64,000 bases of DNA, taken from positions 131,936,001 through 132,000,000 of the forward strand of contig NC_042999.1 in NCBI RefSeq assembly GCF_006345805.1, read 5' to 3'. Source of the stretch: Octopus sinensis. Its lineage: Eukaryota. The stretch's first letter is position 1. Every line of letters begins with the position of its first letter. Positions 50,960-64,000 of this stretch are shown here, in pieces. The position numbers and the translations under genes were made by a program. The notes beneath the pieces are model-generated. The model was given only the letters and a program-made list of their open reading frames with translations. It searched no databases and was not told where the DNA came from.

Positions 50960-53900
50960 TATAGTTTCTGCCCAATACAGAATTATTACAGTTTCTAATA
51001 TCATTATGGAAATAAATGTGATTCATTTAGCTGTGTGGCTAAATTTGCTTCTCAGCGACATGGTTTTGGGTTGTAATGATACTTAGCATTCTAAACTGTA
51101 ATAATTCTGTATTGGGCAGAAACTACAAGATATCAGATTTCTGTATTTGGTACTGACAGTTTACATTAGTTGGTCTTAGCCTACCTTTAACCAATTGCTG
51201 TCCTTGTGCATTTGCATAGGTGTTAAGAGTTATGGAAAATTCTATACAGTTTCAGGCTGAATGATGGTTATAAATTGACATATGCAGGAAATACAAGCCA
51301 GAGAGGGGAGCTAGCACTAACAGAGACCGTAGAGGTTCTAGAGGGGACGACGACAGATGAATGCAGAGGCTTCATAGAGGATTCTTGGTCAGCCATGCCC
51401 CTTGATCTTTTGTTAAAAGGCCGCCTTACCAAATATGAAAACTTACATTTTCTCTTCTCCATAGAGTTTAAATGCTTTCAGCTAGTAACCTTTCTAATAT
51501 CATTATGGAAATAAATGTGATTCATTAAAAACAAAATAGCAGGACTTGGTTTTTGAATAGGAAACTACACAAAGGCAGTGAGCTGGCAGAAATGTTAGCA
51601 TGCTGGGTGAAATGCTTAGCAGTATTTCATCTGTCTTTCCGTTCTGAGTTAAAATTCCCCCAATGTCAACTTTGCCTTTCATCCTTTCGGGGTCGATAAA
51701 TTAAGTATCAGTTGCATCCTGGGGTCAATCTAATCGACTGGCCCCCTCCCCAAAAAATTTTGGGCCTTGTGCTTAGAGTAGAAAAGAATAGGAAACTACA
51801 CATCACCTGAACAAATATGCTCCTCCCAGTTACCATGGGTTTAGTCCCACTGCATGGAACCTTGAGCATCTTCTACTACAGCCTCAAGCTAACCAAAACC
51901 TTGTGAATAGATTTGCTAGATGGAAACTGAAAGAAGCCCATTGTAGATATCTAAATTCCCCCCATAAAACTTCACCAGTAGCATTTTTATTTTGTAAGTG
52001 GATGAGTATTCCTATTCCCCCACCCCTGCCCCCACACTATTTCTAATACAACTATGCATAGCCAAATGGTCGAGAAGTTCACATTGTAGCCATAAGGGCC
52101 ACAGTTCAATTCCACTATATGTCACTTTCTGAGTAGACAGATGCTAGTGAAGAAGTCCGTCAAATGGGCTGTTTCCATAATTCAAAGGGTCAGCCTTGTA
52201 AACACAGTATTCAGCTGCTTACTGTACAATGCAAGCATATGTAGTTTCATTGATTGAACAACACAACTGGAATACTTGTCAATACTGATGTGGAATCCAT
52301 CAGAATATTAATAGAGCATTCAAAGAAATCTGCAATGAAGAACTAGAAATAGAGTCGATAAGGAGAGACATTCAGCTTCGTTGTTGATGTATCTGCTGAG
52401 AAGAGAGAAAATAGTTATGTTATATGATAAATAATAAGAAAATTTCAATTGTTCACTATAAATATAGCTCGAAAGATCAATAATATTCCTTACCAAACAT
52501 TCCACTTCACGCTTCAACAATTATACTGTATGTGTGTTTGTGTGGGTGTGAGTATATGTTTGTATGTGTGAGCATATGTGTTTGTGTGTGTGAGCATATG
52601 TTTTTGTGTGTGTTAGTATATGTGTTCGTGTGTATGAACATATGTGTTTGTGTGTGTGTGTGTGTGTGTGCACATGGAGATGGGTGGTGGGGATGTTATG
52701 TGACAACTTCAAAATAGAAGCATGAGATATAATTAGATATGTGAGTAAACAAGGGGCAAATGAAAACGATTAGAGCTTGACTTTGACTATTCACCCTACT
52801 AGAAATAGCAGTCAAATCTCAAATCATATTTTATTGTCTTTTTTTTTTTTTTCAAATGATACATTAACAGTGTGATCCCTGATAAACAAAAACAAAATTT
52901 ACAAATTTCAAAGCTACAAGAAAATATAGGATTAACTTTAATGAATGTGAATAGGATTAACTTTAATGAATGTGAATATAAATAGACATTACATTTGACA
53001 AAGTAATCTCAATGCTAAAAGGTTAAATGTGGTGACAATTGTTTAGTTACTCAGTCTGCTGGAAATAATAGCCAAATCCTCAAGACAGATACATTGGACA
53101 AGAAACCAACAAAGGTGTTCTGCATGGTGACTCAACTTGTTACAAATAGCTGTGAAATTCTACTTAAACTATACCTTACCTTTCTTTAAAAATGACGGTC
53201 ACTTCAGATAATGCAGCCCATCAAATGTGATGGTCATAACTGAAACACTTCTGATGAAAAATTGACTTGGTCAGAGTGCAGCAACATTAAAAGGCAATTA
53301 CATAGACTTCTGAGACGAATTCCTAAACTGATCAAAAATCATCTGAAGAATTAATAACTGAATACCTTGTAATGCGATATATTGATTATTGGTTCAGTAT
53401 ATTTCAGCTATATGAATTGATTTATTGTAAACTACCGCTGCATTATTCAGTTATTTCTGAATGTATCTCATTGATTTATGGTCCAGATACTGATAGATGC
53501 TGATGAACTGTGATAGTGGGTGACTAATTTTAGCACTTGTAGCTAACCCTCTCTATCTTTCTGTTGTTACACTTAACAGAACTGATGATCGTTTTAGGAT
53601 TTGCCTCCAGTGTGTGTGTGTTTGTGTATAAAGTGTGCAGACATGGCTATGTAATAAGTAGTTTGCTTCCCAACCACATGGTTCTGGGTTCAGTCCCACT
53701 GCGTGACACCTTGGGCAACTGCCTTCTACTGTAGTTTCAGGTCAACCAAAACCTTGTGAGTGGAGTGAGTGGATTTGGTAGGCGAAAACTGGAAAAAAAG
53801 AAACCATTGTGTGTGTCCGTCTGTCTATGTATATGTCTCCTAGTGTTGACCTTGTGTGATAGTTGTAAATGATTGCCACCATCATTCATTTCTAGTATTC

Positions 53901-55951
53901 TGCGAAGACATGTCCAGTCATTGGGAAACATTACCTTGCTTGGAAACAAGTGAGGGTTGATGACATGAGAAAAATTCACCTGAATAAACTGTGTCCAACA
54001 TATGCAAGCATGGAAAGTGGACATTAAAAAGATAATGATATACGTGTGTGTGTGTGTGTGTGTGTTTATGTATACAAGATTCAGCAAAGAAATCTGATGG
54101 TTTTTAATAGGCAATAATTTGATTGACAGAAACGGAAGCCACAAGCTCAGTTTTGTTGGGCAGCACCTGATAGTTTCTCTGTAAATATGAAACCTGGGGA
54201 ACATGCAACGTTGTGTTTTTGTGATATTATTTTGTGTAAAAATTTTTACTAGCTTCTTCAGAGATAGCAAAATTTTCGTTTGCATTTGAATGTTGGCCAT
54301 TTTGGAAAAGTCTCTAACTGGGAAACTTCAAGTTGAATGGTTCATTATACAGAAAGGGAACTGTCAAGGCACTAAAGAATATTGTGGCCATATACTATGT
54401 GATCAGATGATGTGATTTTCCTTATTAGTGATGAATCTTATTTCCATCTGGTTGTGGTTGTGTAAATAAGCAAAACTTATACTTTTGGTTGGATAGCAAT
54501 GCACTTCTTGAGTATTCATGAAGTCGCACATTACTATATGGTATTGGGATCTAGTTGTGTTTACAGTTAGAATGAAGAAAGTGGATTTGGTGTGAACATG
54601 ATGGATATAGTTCGTACAGTTGGGGTTATACATTTCATGACAATATTTGAGGATCAAATGAAAGAGATAGTGGTTTTAGTGTTTTAGATGTACCTGAATA
54701 TATTTAGGTTATCATACATATTGTAGCAGGGACTTCAGTAGTTGAAGTTGGCTGCAGTAAAATATCTAGTTGATCTTTTATTCTAATTATTTTAACTTTA
54801 TTGTATAAGTAAGCTCTGTTATGGAGAGATTAGGAGCCTAGGCAGGATTGGTACAACTCTTTAGCATTCAGATTATTTTGTCAAATATCATGTGTATATA
54901 TTCATCTTGTTTTGAATTGATCATATATTATCTTGGAGCTTTGAGATTTTGATGGTATGATTCTTTATTTTTAGAATGATATTTTGGGGCAAATGTGAAA
55001 AGCTGGATCTGGCCAGGTAGAATATTTGGGCTGGATATGGTCAGTTTAAATGCTGATGGGATAATTCATAATTGAAATGAAGCAATGTTTTTATAGACAA
55101 GTATTGTGTTTTTCTGTGGACGAAATTTGGTGCAAATGAATGTTTAAGTATATTTGTGCATCACTATGTTCCGTCTGTATAACGAATATTCTAGAAGGAT
55201 TATATGTAATTCCTAGTATTTGGAGTCTTTACTAATTTTCTATCAACATCTCATAATGTTATCACCTTACCTGGCTTCTACATCATTGGTGAAAACATAA
55301 AATATCTTTTGCAGTCTTCTACTTTGAATAAAATACTAGTTTCAATTTAAATGTTTATCTGATTGCCAAGTTTTGTCTGGCTTCACTTTACACTAGTATA
55401 ACTTTTCTCACCGTTTCAGATAAGTTTCTGGAAGTACTACTATCTTAACCCATCTATCTAAACTTGAAGCTTAGACCGCAATGCATTTTATGTATGAAAG
55501 CCACAGCTGGGAATCAATTTCTATGGCAACAGATATTCACTATTAAGTTTAACAATTTTTGGACTATTTCTTATTCTAATTTAAATTTTCATAGCTGATT
55601 TAATGTAAAATAATTCTCTTTTTCCTTTGGATTGTGAACATAATTGATTTGGCGGCAATATAGGGAAGAAAACATGTGAACTTAAAAATATATGCTTGTG
55701 TATTTTAGCTGATGAGGTATTTTTACATAATTTACATAGGATTCTTGTTGCTTTTAAGTAGATTATTTCATCTTGATTATTTGAAAGCTATTGCACTTTG
55801 TTATACATACGCACATATACATACATTATTTGTGTGTGTGTGTGTGTGTGTGTATGCAATTATATATATATGTGTGCATATATGCATATATATGTGTGTG
55901 TGCATGTGTATATAGATATATGTTTATATATATGTATATGTATATATATAT

Positions 55952-56366
55952 ATCATCATCATCATCATCATCATCGTCGTTTAACGTCCGTTCTCCATGC
56001 TAGCATGGGTTGGACGGTTCGACCGGGGATCTGGGAAGCCAGAAGGCTGCACCAGGCTCCAGTCTTATCTGGCAGTGTTTCTACAGCTGGATGCCCTTCC
56101 TAACGCCAACCACTCCGTGAGTGTAGTGGGTGCTTTTTACGTGCCACCTGCACAGGTGCCAGGCGAGGCTGGCAACGGCCACGGTCGGATTGGTGTATTT
56201 TATGTGCCACCGGCACGGAAGCCAGATGAGGCGGTGCTGGCATCGGCTACGAGTCGGATGGTGCTTTTTACGTACCACCAGACCAGGGATCCTGGCTGGT
56301 TCAATTCGATTTCGATTTCGCTTGCCCCAAAATGTCTTCGCAAGCAAGGGGGTTGGCATGGGTGCC
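55952..56366 (-). mobile_element. ~400-bp non-autonomous RTE-tailed element, inverted twin of 47055-47454
   Basis: Same GGCACCCATGCC start; about 8 substitutions in ~395 bp by manual alignment. Confidence 0.92.
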
Positions 56367-56374
56367 TGTTGTAT

Positions 56375-56416
<42 letters not shown>

Positions 56417-57770
56417 ATCCAAGATGGAGATGAACACCAGTGTCCCATGCCTTAGGCTTGAAGATTGTTAAAAGATATACCTCTCCTGGCATGAAACCAA
56501 TAGTAGCCTGTTTAACTCACAAATATAGTATATATTATATATTTTGAATTAAAAGCAGTTCCAATAATGTAAAATTCACCAACGTCACATACTTAATGTT
56601 TGTCTCATTTATACACTTATTAACTGTAGGATATCTTCCAGGGAAAAGTCCTTTTAACACTGGCTGTCATAAAGTGATGTTTCACTGGATAAAATCCTGC
56701 AGCTAACAAGCATATAAACAAAACACATACATTAAGTATGTGACATCAGTTTTTTATCGTGTGTGTGTGTGTGTGTGTGATCATCATTTAGCATCTGTTT
56801 CCCATGTTAGCATGAGTTGGAAAGTGTGACAGGATCCAATGAGTCATTGGGTTGCATCATGTTCATCAGCTGGGTGCCCTTACTAATGCCAACTACCTTA
56901 CAGAGCATATTGGGGTCTTTTTTTTTATTATGCCACCAGTAGTACTAGTAGTGTTGCCAGGTAACTTGCAAGTCAGATGTGAACAAGTAAAATAAAAAAA
57001 ATGGGGAAAAGGCAGAAGCCCTTTGATCTAAGTGGGGTTAGAATTTGAGAGAGTAGAAAAGAGTGGTGATTTTAAACCTGATCACCTCTCTGAAAGTTCC
57101 ACAATGGCAGTCAACCATTATTAAGATTAGCATCTTGAATTATAGCAACCTTCTAGTCTGATTGGTCTGAACTCATATTTTACACTCTTCTAATAATAGG
57201 TTATCTCGAGGAACCTAGTTGATGCTAATCATCCACAATTATATGGTACTGACTAGTGTTCATCGGTAACTGAGTACAGAATGTAGATCTCTATGAGCTA
57301 CTAATGATGCAGCTCTTTTGGTATGTTTTGTGCTAGTCAGTGTCAGGTGGAAGAGAGAAAGAAGGAGAGAGAGTAATCTGATCTATTGTTGAATATGTTT
57401 CAGTGTTAGTGAATGGTACGACATGTAGCTGCCATTAATTGTACTCATTGAATGTCTAAATATACTTATAATTTGAATCCATTTGATGGTATTTTGTGTT
57501 TTATTACTGTTAACAGTTTCCAAAGTTTGATTCCTAATATTTCAAGTTTTTATCTTTGGTTACCTGCCAAACATCAGTGTCTATGTGATGCCACTCACTC
57601 TGAGTTAGATTTCTCTTTATACCAATTATGTTTCCAATCACAACATCATAACAGAAACTAGCTGTCCTGCTCCTCTCACCCACTCTGTCTCTTTAGTGTT
57701 ATCCTAGCCAACAATTCTTATGACATGTCAACAAGTGCATGTTGCAAGGGTTAACCATGATGCTCTATAC

Positions 57771-57915
57771 CAGCCATGGGCAAACTACAGCCTGTGGCAC
57801 TTTCTGAATATCATGTCTAATGCAAAATTACCTTCAATTTTTTTAGTAGTGCAACTTGCCTAATGATGAGCTATGTATCACGCAGGTGCTTCTCCAAAAT
57901 GGTCCACCCATGCTT
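57771..57915. mobile_element. Possible hAT-type MITE remnant
   Basis: CAGCCATGGGCAAACTACAGCC resembles CAG..ATGGGCAAACTACGGCCC hAT termini; the right end is poorly preserved. Confidence 0.35.
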
Positions 57916-57956
57916 GCTCTGTACAGTTGCTGGACCTGCTAGAAATAAAAGTCACA

Positions 57957-58163
57957 AGGCGGTGAGCTGGCAGAAACGTTAGCACTTGGGGCGAAATGCT
58001 TAGCAGTATTTCTTCTGCCGCTGCATTCTGAGTTCAAATTCCGCCAAGGTCGACTTTGCCTTTCATCCTTTTGGGGTCGATCAAATAAGTACCAGTTACG
58101 TACAATGGTCGATATAATCAACTTAATCCGTTTGTCTGTCCTTGTTTGAGCAGTAAAGAAATA
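57957..58163 (+). mobile_element. SINE B with a 16-bp target-site duplication
   Basis: AGAAATAAAAGTCACA at 57941-57956 and 58164-58179; CpG-rich and well preserved; ~240 bp upstream of the WAPL exon. Confidence 0.92.
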
Positions 58164-58402
58164 AGAAATAAAAGTCACATCTTTTATCAAATTTTGCCTC
58201 ACCATCTTTAAAAGAAAGAAAGATATATTGAGACGTTGCAGTCCTTAATACACTGTTTGAATAAAAAAGGAGATTGTTATAAATGGAGCCTTTTGATAAT
58301 AGGTGTGCTGGATCAGGGTTAGCTTGAGACTGAACAATTATTTTTGTATTGTTGCCTGTTTTATTTCTCTTTCATTTAACAAAAAATGTTGTTTAATTAC
58401 AG

Positions 58403-58636
58403 GGTGATGAAGGACCAAGTTCTGCACGGCCTGGTAAACCAACTTCTGCTCCATCAAATAACAGCAGTTCCCAGAGCAGCACTGCCAAAACATCTACAGA
58501 TAAAACTGTTTCCAAATCTGGCACAGAGGTCCCTGCTAATGTGGTCATACCTAAACTTACTCGGAAAGTGCACTGGCCATGCCGTGTTGGTGATGAAGCA
58601 TTTACCTCCTTGAAAGTCAGTAAAGAACATAAAGAG
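58403..58636 (+). CDS. WAPL: WAPL (wings apart-like, cohesin release factor) internal coding exon, 234 bp, phase 0/0
   Basis: Acceptor ttaattacAG|GGT and donor GAG|GTatgt. 78 open codons GDEGPSSARPGK...KLTRKVHWPCRVGDEAFTSLKVSKEHKE. It splices in frame to the next exon to give LKVSKEHKE|LFTVVRNVK, matching vertebrate WAPL ...[18 protein letters not shown] (recalled sequence). Confidence 0.85.
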
Positions 58637-59970
58637 GTATGTTATTTTTCTTATTTTAATTTGCCTTTTTTATGATTAATGTGAGATTCTTTGTGTCTAT
58701 GTATACATAAGGTGTAGGCGTGGCTGTGTGGTAAGAGGTTTACTTCCCAACCACATGTTTCTGGGCTCAGCCCCACTGTGTGGCATCTTGGGCAAGTGTT
58801 TCTACAAAGCCTCGAGCTGACCAAAGCCTTGTGAGTGGATTTGGTAGAAATTTGAAAGAAATCCAGTGTGTGTGTGTGTGTGTCACCACCACTCACAACT
58901 GGTGTTGGTGTGTTTACATCCCTGTAACTTAGCAGTTTGACAAATGAGAATGATAGAATAAGTACCAGGCTTAAAAAAAAAAATGTATTGGGGTCAATTC
59001 ATTTGACTAAAATCCTTCAAGGTGGCACCCCAGCATGTCTGCAGTCTAATGACTAAAACAAGTCAAATATAAATGATAAAAGCACCTCCAACTAAGGGAG
59101 CTTCTTATGTCATTGCTTGACCTGTTAAAAAGTAGAAGTCAAATCATCCTAAAACCCTATAGCACCTTCTGAATAAACAGTGATATTTTGGGCATACATA
59201 CATATAATATACAATGTACAAAAAGACAAACGATCGCAGATTGTAACACCTTTGATCATAGGTGTACTCAGTCATTGCTGCCCTCGAGCTAACCATTATC
59301 AACAGCACACCCACACATACATGCACACTCCCACACATGCAATCACACCTACATGTCCACACATACACACACAGCTTGCTTTATCCTTCCTAACATTATA
59401 ACATCATTTCATTGAAATTTCTCATTGAACATTTCTTGTGGTGAGCTGGCGGAATCACTAGCACACTGGACAAAATGCTTAGCAATATTTTCATCTGTCG
59501 CTATGTTCTGAGTTCAAATTCCACCAAAGTTCACTTTGCCTCTCATCCTTTCAAGGTCGATAAATTAAGCACCTTGTGAAACATTGGGGTCAATGTAATT
59601 GACTAGTCCCCTCCTCCAAAATTTCAGGCCTTTAATAGAAAGGATTATTCCACCTAACAAGGCAGCTCAGTTGTCAAACTTCAGTGTCTTTTAATAGTCT
59701 TATCGTAAAGAGTGGATTAAACTAATATGCAACTCTTTCTTCTTTTCTACCAATTTAACTTCTTTTTTTTTTTTGATACCAACTCATCTGAGACTACTCC
59801 ATTTTAAAGTGATTTAAATTAAGACTGTCTATCAAAAAACTTGATGTAAATTCATGTTCCTGACACCAACTTACTAAGTTATTTTACTAAATTCTTAATT
59901 AATATTCAGATCCACAGAAATAACAGCAGTATATTTTCAACAGAAATATAGTTGCGAAATGGTTTTTACC

Positions 59971-60290
59971 TGCATGGCTCAGTGGTTAGAGCATTGGGCT
60001 TGCAATCATGAGGTAGTGAGTTTGATTCCCAGACAGGGCTATGTGTTGTGTTCTTGAACAAGACACTTTATTTCACAGTGCTCCAGTTCACTCAGTTGTA
60101 GAAATGAGTTGCGACATCTCTGGTACCAAGCTGTATCAGCCTTTGCCTTTCCCTTGGATGGTATAGAGAGGGGAGACTGGTATGCGTGGGCAACTGCTGG
60201 CCTTCCATAAACAACCTTGCCCAGACTTGTGCCACGGAGGGTGGCTTTCTTGGTGCAATCCCAAGATCATTCATGACTGAAGGAGGTCTT
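59971..60290 (+). mobile_element. SINE D
   Basis: TGGCTCAGTGGTTAG head and family D central block; ends ~100 bp before the WAPL acceptor. Confidence 0.8.
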
Positions 60291-60389
60291 TACTTTTTAC
60301 AGTTTTAAAAACTTTATTTATTTATTTATTTTTTTGATCTAACCAAGAGAAATCCTTATTTTGTTCTTACCTCATTCTGTTTCCTCCAG

Positions 60390-60526
60390 CTATTCACGGT
60401 TGTACGGAATGTAAAAGAGGCTCATGAAGTTCAAGAATCTGGTGAGACGCAAGAATTTATGGATGATGTAGAATATTTGTTGGCTGGTCTTGGTGATACA
60501 CAGCCTATGTCCACCCGGTGTCTAAG
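60390..60526 (+). CDS. WAPL: WAPL coding exon at the start of the conserved WAPL domain, 137 bp, phase 0/2
   Basis: Pyrimidine tract ctcattctgtttcctccAG and donor AAG|GTaag. Translates [45 protein letters not shown](S), versus human WAPL [46 protein letters not shown] (recalled). Missed by the ORF track. Confidence 0.93.
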
Positions 60527-62359
60527 GTAAGATTCATGGAATGAAATTTTTATCATTTTTGAAATTGGTCCTATGAATACCATATTTTAAAATTAAACAT
60601 CAGTAATACATAATATTTGTTGTAATTATTTTATATATCAGGTATGGCTGTGTGGTAAGAAGTTTGATTCCCAACCACATGGTTTTCGGTTCAGTTCAAT
60701 TGCATGGCACCTTGGGCAAGTGCCTTCTAATATAGCCCTGGGCTAACCAAAGCCTTGTGAGTGGATTTGGTAGCCAGAAACTGAAAGATTTCTTGTGTGT
60801 GTATGTGTATGTCTTCGTGTTAGTATCTGTGCCTACCCCTATGACACTGGTAAGATAAATACCATACTTAAGAAAAATAAGTACTGGCGTCAATTTGTTT
60901 TACTAAGGTGCCCCAGCATGGTCACAGTCCAATGAAAGAAGCAAGTAAAAGATGAAAGATTATTTTATATATCATAATTGTCATGGCTGTGTAGTAAGAA
61001 GCTTGCTTCCTAACCCTAAGGTTCCAGGTTCAGTCCTGCTGCATGGCACCTTAGGTAAGTGTCTTCTACTATAGCCTCAGGTCAACCAAAGCCTTGTGAG
61101 TGGATTTGGTAGGTGGAAGCTGAAAGGAGCCCATCGTGTGTGTGTTTGTGTTGATGCATTTATATCCCCATAACTTAGCAGTTGGCAAAAAGGGACCATT
61201 GGAATAAGTACCAACCTTAACAATTAAAGCACTGAGGTTGATTCATTCAACTAAGAATTCTTGAAGGTGGTGCCCCAGCTTGGCCACAGTCTAATGGCTG
61301 AAACAAGTAAAGGATAAGAGATAAAAGATCCTAGTCATTATTTATTCCACTGAACATATTGGCTGTTGTGACATGTGAAGCATGTGATCAGCCATTCTGG
61401 CACAGGCATGAGTTTAGAGCTTTACTGCAGCTGTTTATGTTATACCCTAAAGTGAGCCACGTCACTCCTCCTTTCATAGTTGAGTGGTTAGCAATAGCAA
61501 AGGCATCATTCCAGCTGTAAAAGCAATTACCCTAACAAATACATCATGTAATCCATGCTAGCATAGGAAAAAATGAAAGCAAAACAGTAAACAAAAAAAA
61601 AACTTTTTTAATTGTTGCTTTTGTTATCATCAACATCAACAGCAACACCACCACCACCATCATCATCATCATCATTATTATAAGCTTTAATAAAAGAAGC
61701 CTGTCGTGTGTGTGTGTGCATGTGTGTATGTATGTGAATGTGTATGTATATATATGTGCGTGTGTCTTTATGTCTATTGTCCTACCACCACCACCGCTTG
61801 ACTGCTGGTGCTGGTATGTTTACATCCTTGTAACTTAGCGGTTCGGCAAAAAGAGACCATTGGAATAAGTACCAAGCTTTAAAAAAATAAATCCTGGGGT
61901 AGATTTGTTCAACTAAAACACTTCAAGGCGGTGCTCCAACATGACCACAGTCAAACGACTGAAACAAGTAAAAGAGTATAGTCTCGAGCCAACCAAAGCC
62001 TTGTGAGTGGATTTGGTAGATAGAAACTGAAAGAAGCCTGTTGTATAAATATGTGTGTTTATGTGTCTGTGTTTGTCCCCCCAACATCGCTTGACAACCG
62101 ATGCTGATGTGTTTACATCCCTGTAACTTAGCAGTTCAGCAAAGACACTGATAGAATAAGAACTAAGCTTACAAAGACTAAGTCCTGGGGTCAATTTGAT
62201 TGGCTAAAGATGGTGCTCTAGCATGGTCACAGTCAAATGACTGAAACAAATAAAAGAATAAAGCCCTCAAAGTCATTACAAAACAGTAATCACTACAATC
62301 TACAATGATCCCTTATGTTAATCAAAAACTGCATCAATAAAAAAAATTTTTTTTTTGAA

Positions 62360-62800
62360 ATTTGAGAAAAAGGGTTTCCTTTTCAGAGCCCAGGACATCA
62401 TACTTCAGCTTTCATCAGTTACTGACCTTCTACAAAGCTTACCTGCTCACATATCTGGGGCAACTGTTGCTGCCGCCACACACAACAGTCTAGACTGCAT
62501 CCTAAACAACACTGTCTGTTTGGTTGGTAATGATTCACTCACCAACACATCACAATTGCTGATTCACATGTTTGCCTTTTCTTCTTTGTTCTTCTGCTAA
62601 TGTTACTACCAGAGCACCACAGCCTTTGTTCTTCCTCTTGACTTTAACTAAGCTCTGTACTAATGCTACCTAAGCCTGGTTTCCCTTTCTTCATCTCCAC
62701 CATGTTTCATTTTTTCCAGATCCTATACTTAATACTTGGTCCCTATCTTTCCTTATTATTACATTCTTCTTACGCTCCCATATTTTCTTCATAAACTACC
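62360..62800 (+). mobile_element. Degenerate CR1/Jockey-like LINE 3' fragment
   Basis: KKGFLFRAQ..., HQLLTFYKA, AHISGA...LDCILNNTVCLVGNDSLTNTSQLLIH resemble KLGFLFRAR...LLTLYKA...SHIWGA...LDAVQRRAIRLIGDP.LT..LQPLSH. Confidence 0.6.
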
Positions 62801-63758
62801 CTTCAGATGGTTGAAGTGAATATCTGAATTATATGGCCCATAGTTAAGAAGCTTACTTCCCAACCATGTGGTCTCAGGTTCTGTCCCATAGTATGGCATC
62901 TTGGGCAAGTGTCTCCTATTATAGCGCCTTGTGAGTGATTTGATAGATGGAAACTGAAGGAAGTTCAATGTGTGGGAGTGTGTGTGTTTGTGTGTACCCT
63001 TGTCTTAGCATCATGTAATGGTTGTACATAAGCATCACTATCTTACAAGTGGTGGTGTCACCCATTTCCAAACTTCCATGGAAAACATGTCTAGTTGTGA
63101 AGAAATATAACTTTGTTTGGAAATAAGTAAATTGGTGACAGAAAGGGCAACATGCCCATAGAAAATCTTCCTCAACAAATTCTGTTTGACCCATGAAAGC
63201 ATGAAAGAGTGAACATGATGATGATGATGATAACGGCGATGGCTGCCATGGTGATTGAGCTTTTTTTTTTATAAATGGCATGTGGGGAAGGATATACTTT
63301 CTTCCCAGTAAAAGAAGAGATAAGTAGATGTGGTGGATGTACACCCAGATTGGATATAACTGCAATGATGTGCTGTCTTCATTATTCACTAACATCATTA
63401 TCATAACATTAACGTCTGTTTTCTATGCTGACATGGTATGAACAGCTTGACAGGAACTGACCAGGCCAGGGGCTGCACCAGGTTACATAGTCTGTTTTGG
63501 CTTGGTTTCTATGGCTGGATACCCTTCCTAGCACCAACAGTTTACAGAATGTACTGAGTGCTTTTTTTACATAGGTACCATCACCATATTACATGGCACC
63601 AGCACTATATTTCCAGAATTCTCATCCAGAAAAGTACAGCATGGTTACTTCAGCCTTTAAATGACCATCTCCATGATAATCTTGTTAGGGAGAATATCAT
63701 CATCATCATATCTGAAATTCAGACAATTAAGTTTGATGATTCATAATCTAATTATTAT

Positions 63759-63986
63759 TTAACCATCTAGCCTTCTGATTACTCTGTCAAATGTAATGCT
63801 TATTTATTCATATTGTTTTGAATTAATCATACATTATCTCATAGCTTTGAGATTTGAATTTTGTGAATGTTTATTTTACAGAATGACATTGTAGGTAGGT
63901 ATGAGAGGCTGGATCCAACAAGTTTGGACATAAACCAGGGAAAATATTTGGGCTTGATATGGCTGGTTTAAATACTAAAGAGTTAG
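63759..63986. mobile_element. TTAA MITE family 1 (degenerate)
   Basis: Body GATTACTCTGTCAAATGTAATGCTTATTTATTCA...AATACTAAAGAGTTA is shared with the 16094 and 37815 copies. Confidence 0.7.
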
Positions 63987-64000
63987 AATAGATTCATGTA

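Noticed and set aside
51275-51514. 79-aa ORF as a WAPL exon
   Set aside because: Weak acceptor without a pyrimidine tract, atypical donor, no resemblance to WAPL, and it lies within a rearranged block.
52926-52975. Perfect short tandem duplications (25 bp here; 26 bp at 40063-40114; 16 bp at ~6080-6111)
   Set aside because: Ordinary slippage or repair duplications with no further structure.

Overview
Eukaryotic, AT-rich, repeat-saturated DNA. The SINE, MITE and microsatellite families suggest an octopus (coleoid cephalopod) genome; that assignment is inferred, not searched. The only host coding sequence I can support is two + strand exons of the cohesin-release factor WAPL (58403-58636, 60390-60526). 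No upstream WAPL exon is recognisable, so positions 1-58402 are most likely one very long intron. That intron holds a near full-length RTE LINE with a PHD-type zinc finger (about 1186-5648), a 5'-truncated CR1/L2-group LINE, an R4/Dong-type LINE 3' end, a deleted mariner carrying a 78-bp palindrome, a minimal hammerhead ribozyme in a Penelope-like fragment, a 5.2-copy array of a ~780-bp non-coding unit, Helentron-like elements, TTAA and Tigger-like MITEs, and dozens of tRNA-derived SINEs. Most ORFs in the supplied track are artefacts of microsatellites and SINEs. There are no prokaryotic features (no CRISPR, rRNA or operons). Repeat boundaries are read by eye and approximate unless a target-site duplication (TSD) or terminal inverted repeat (TIR) is quoted.
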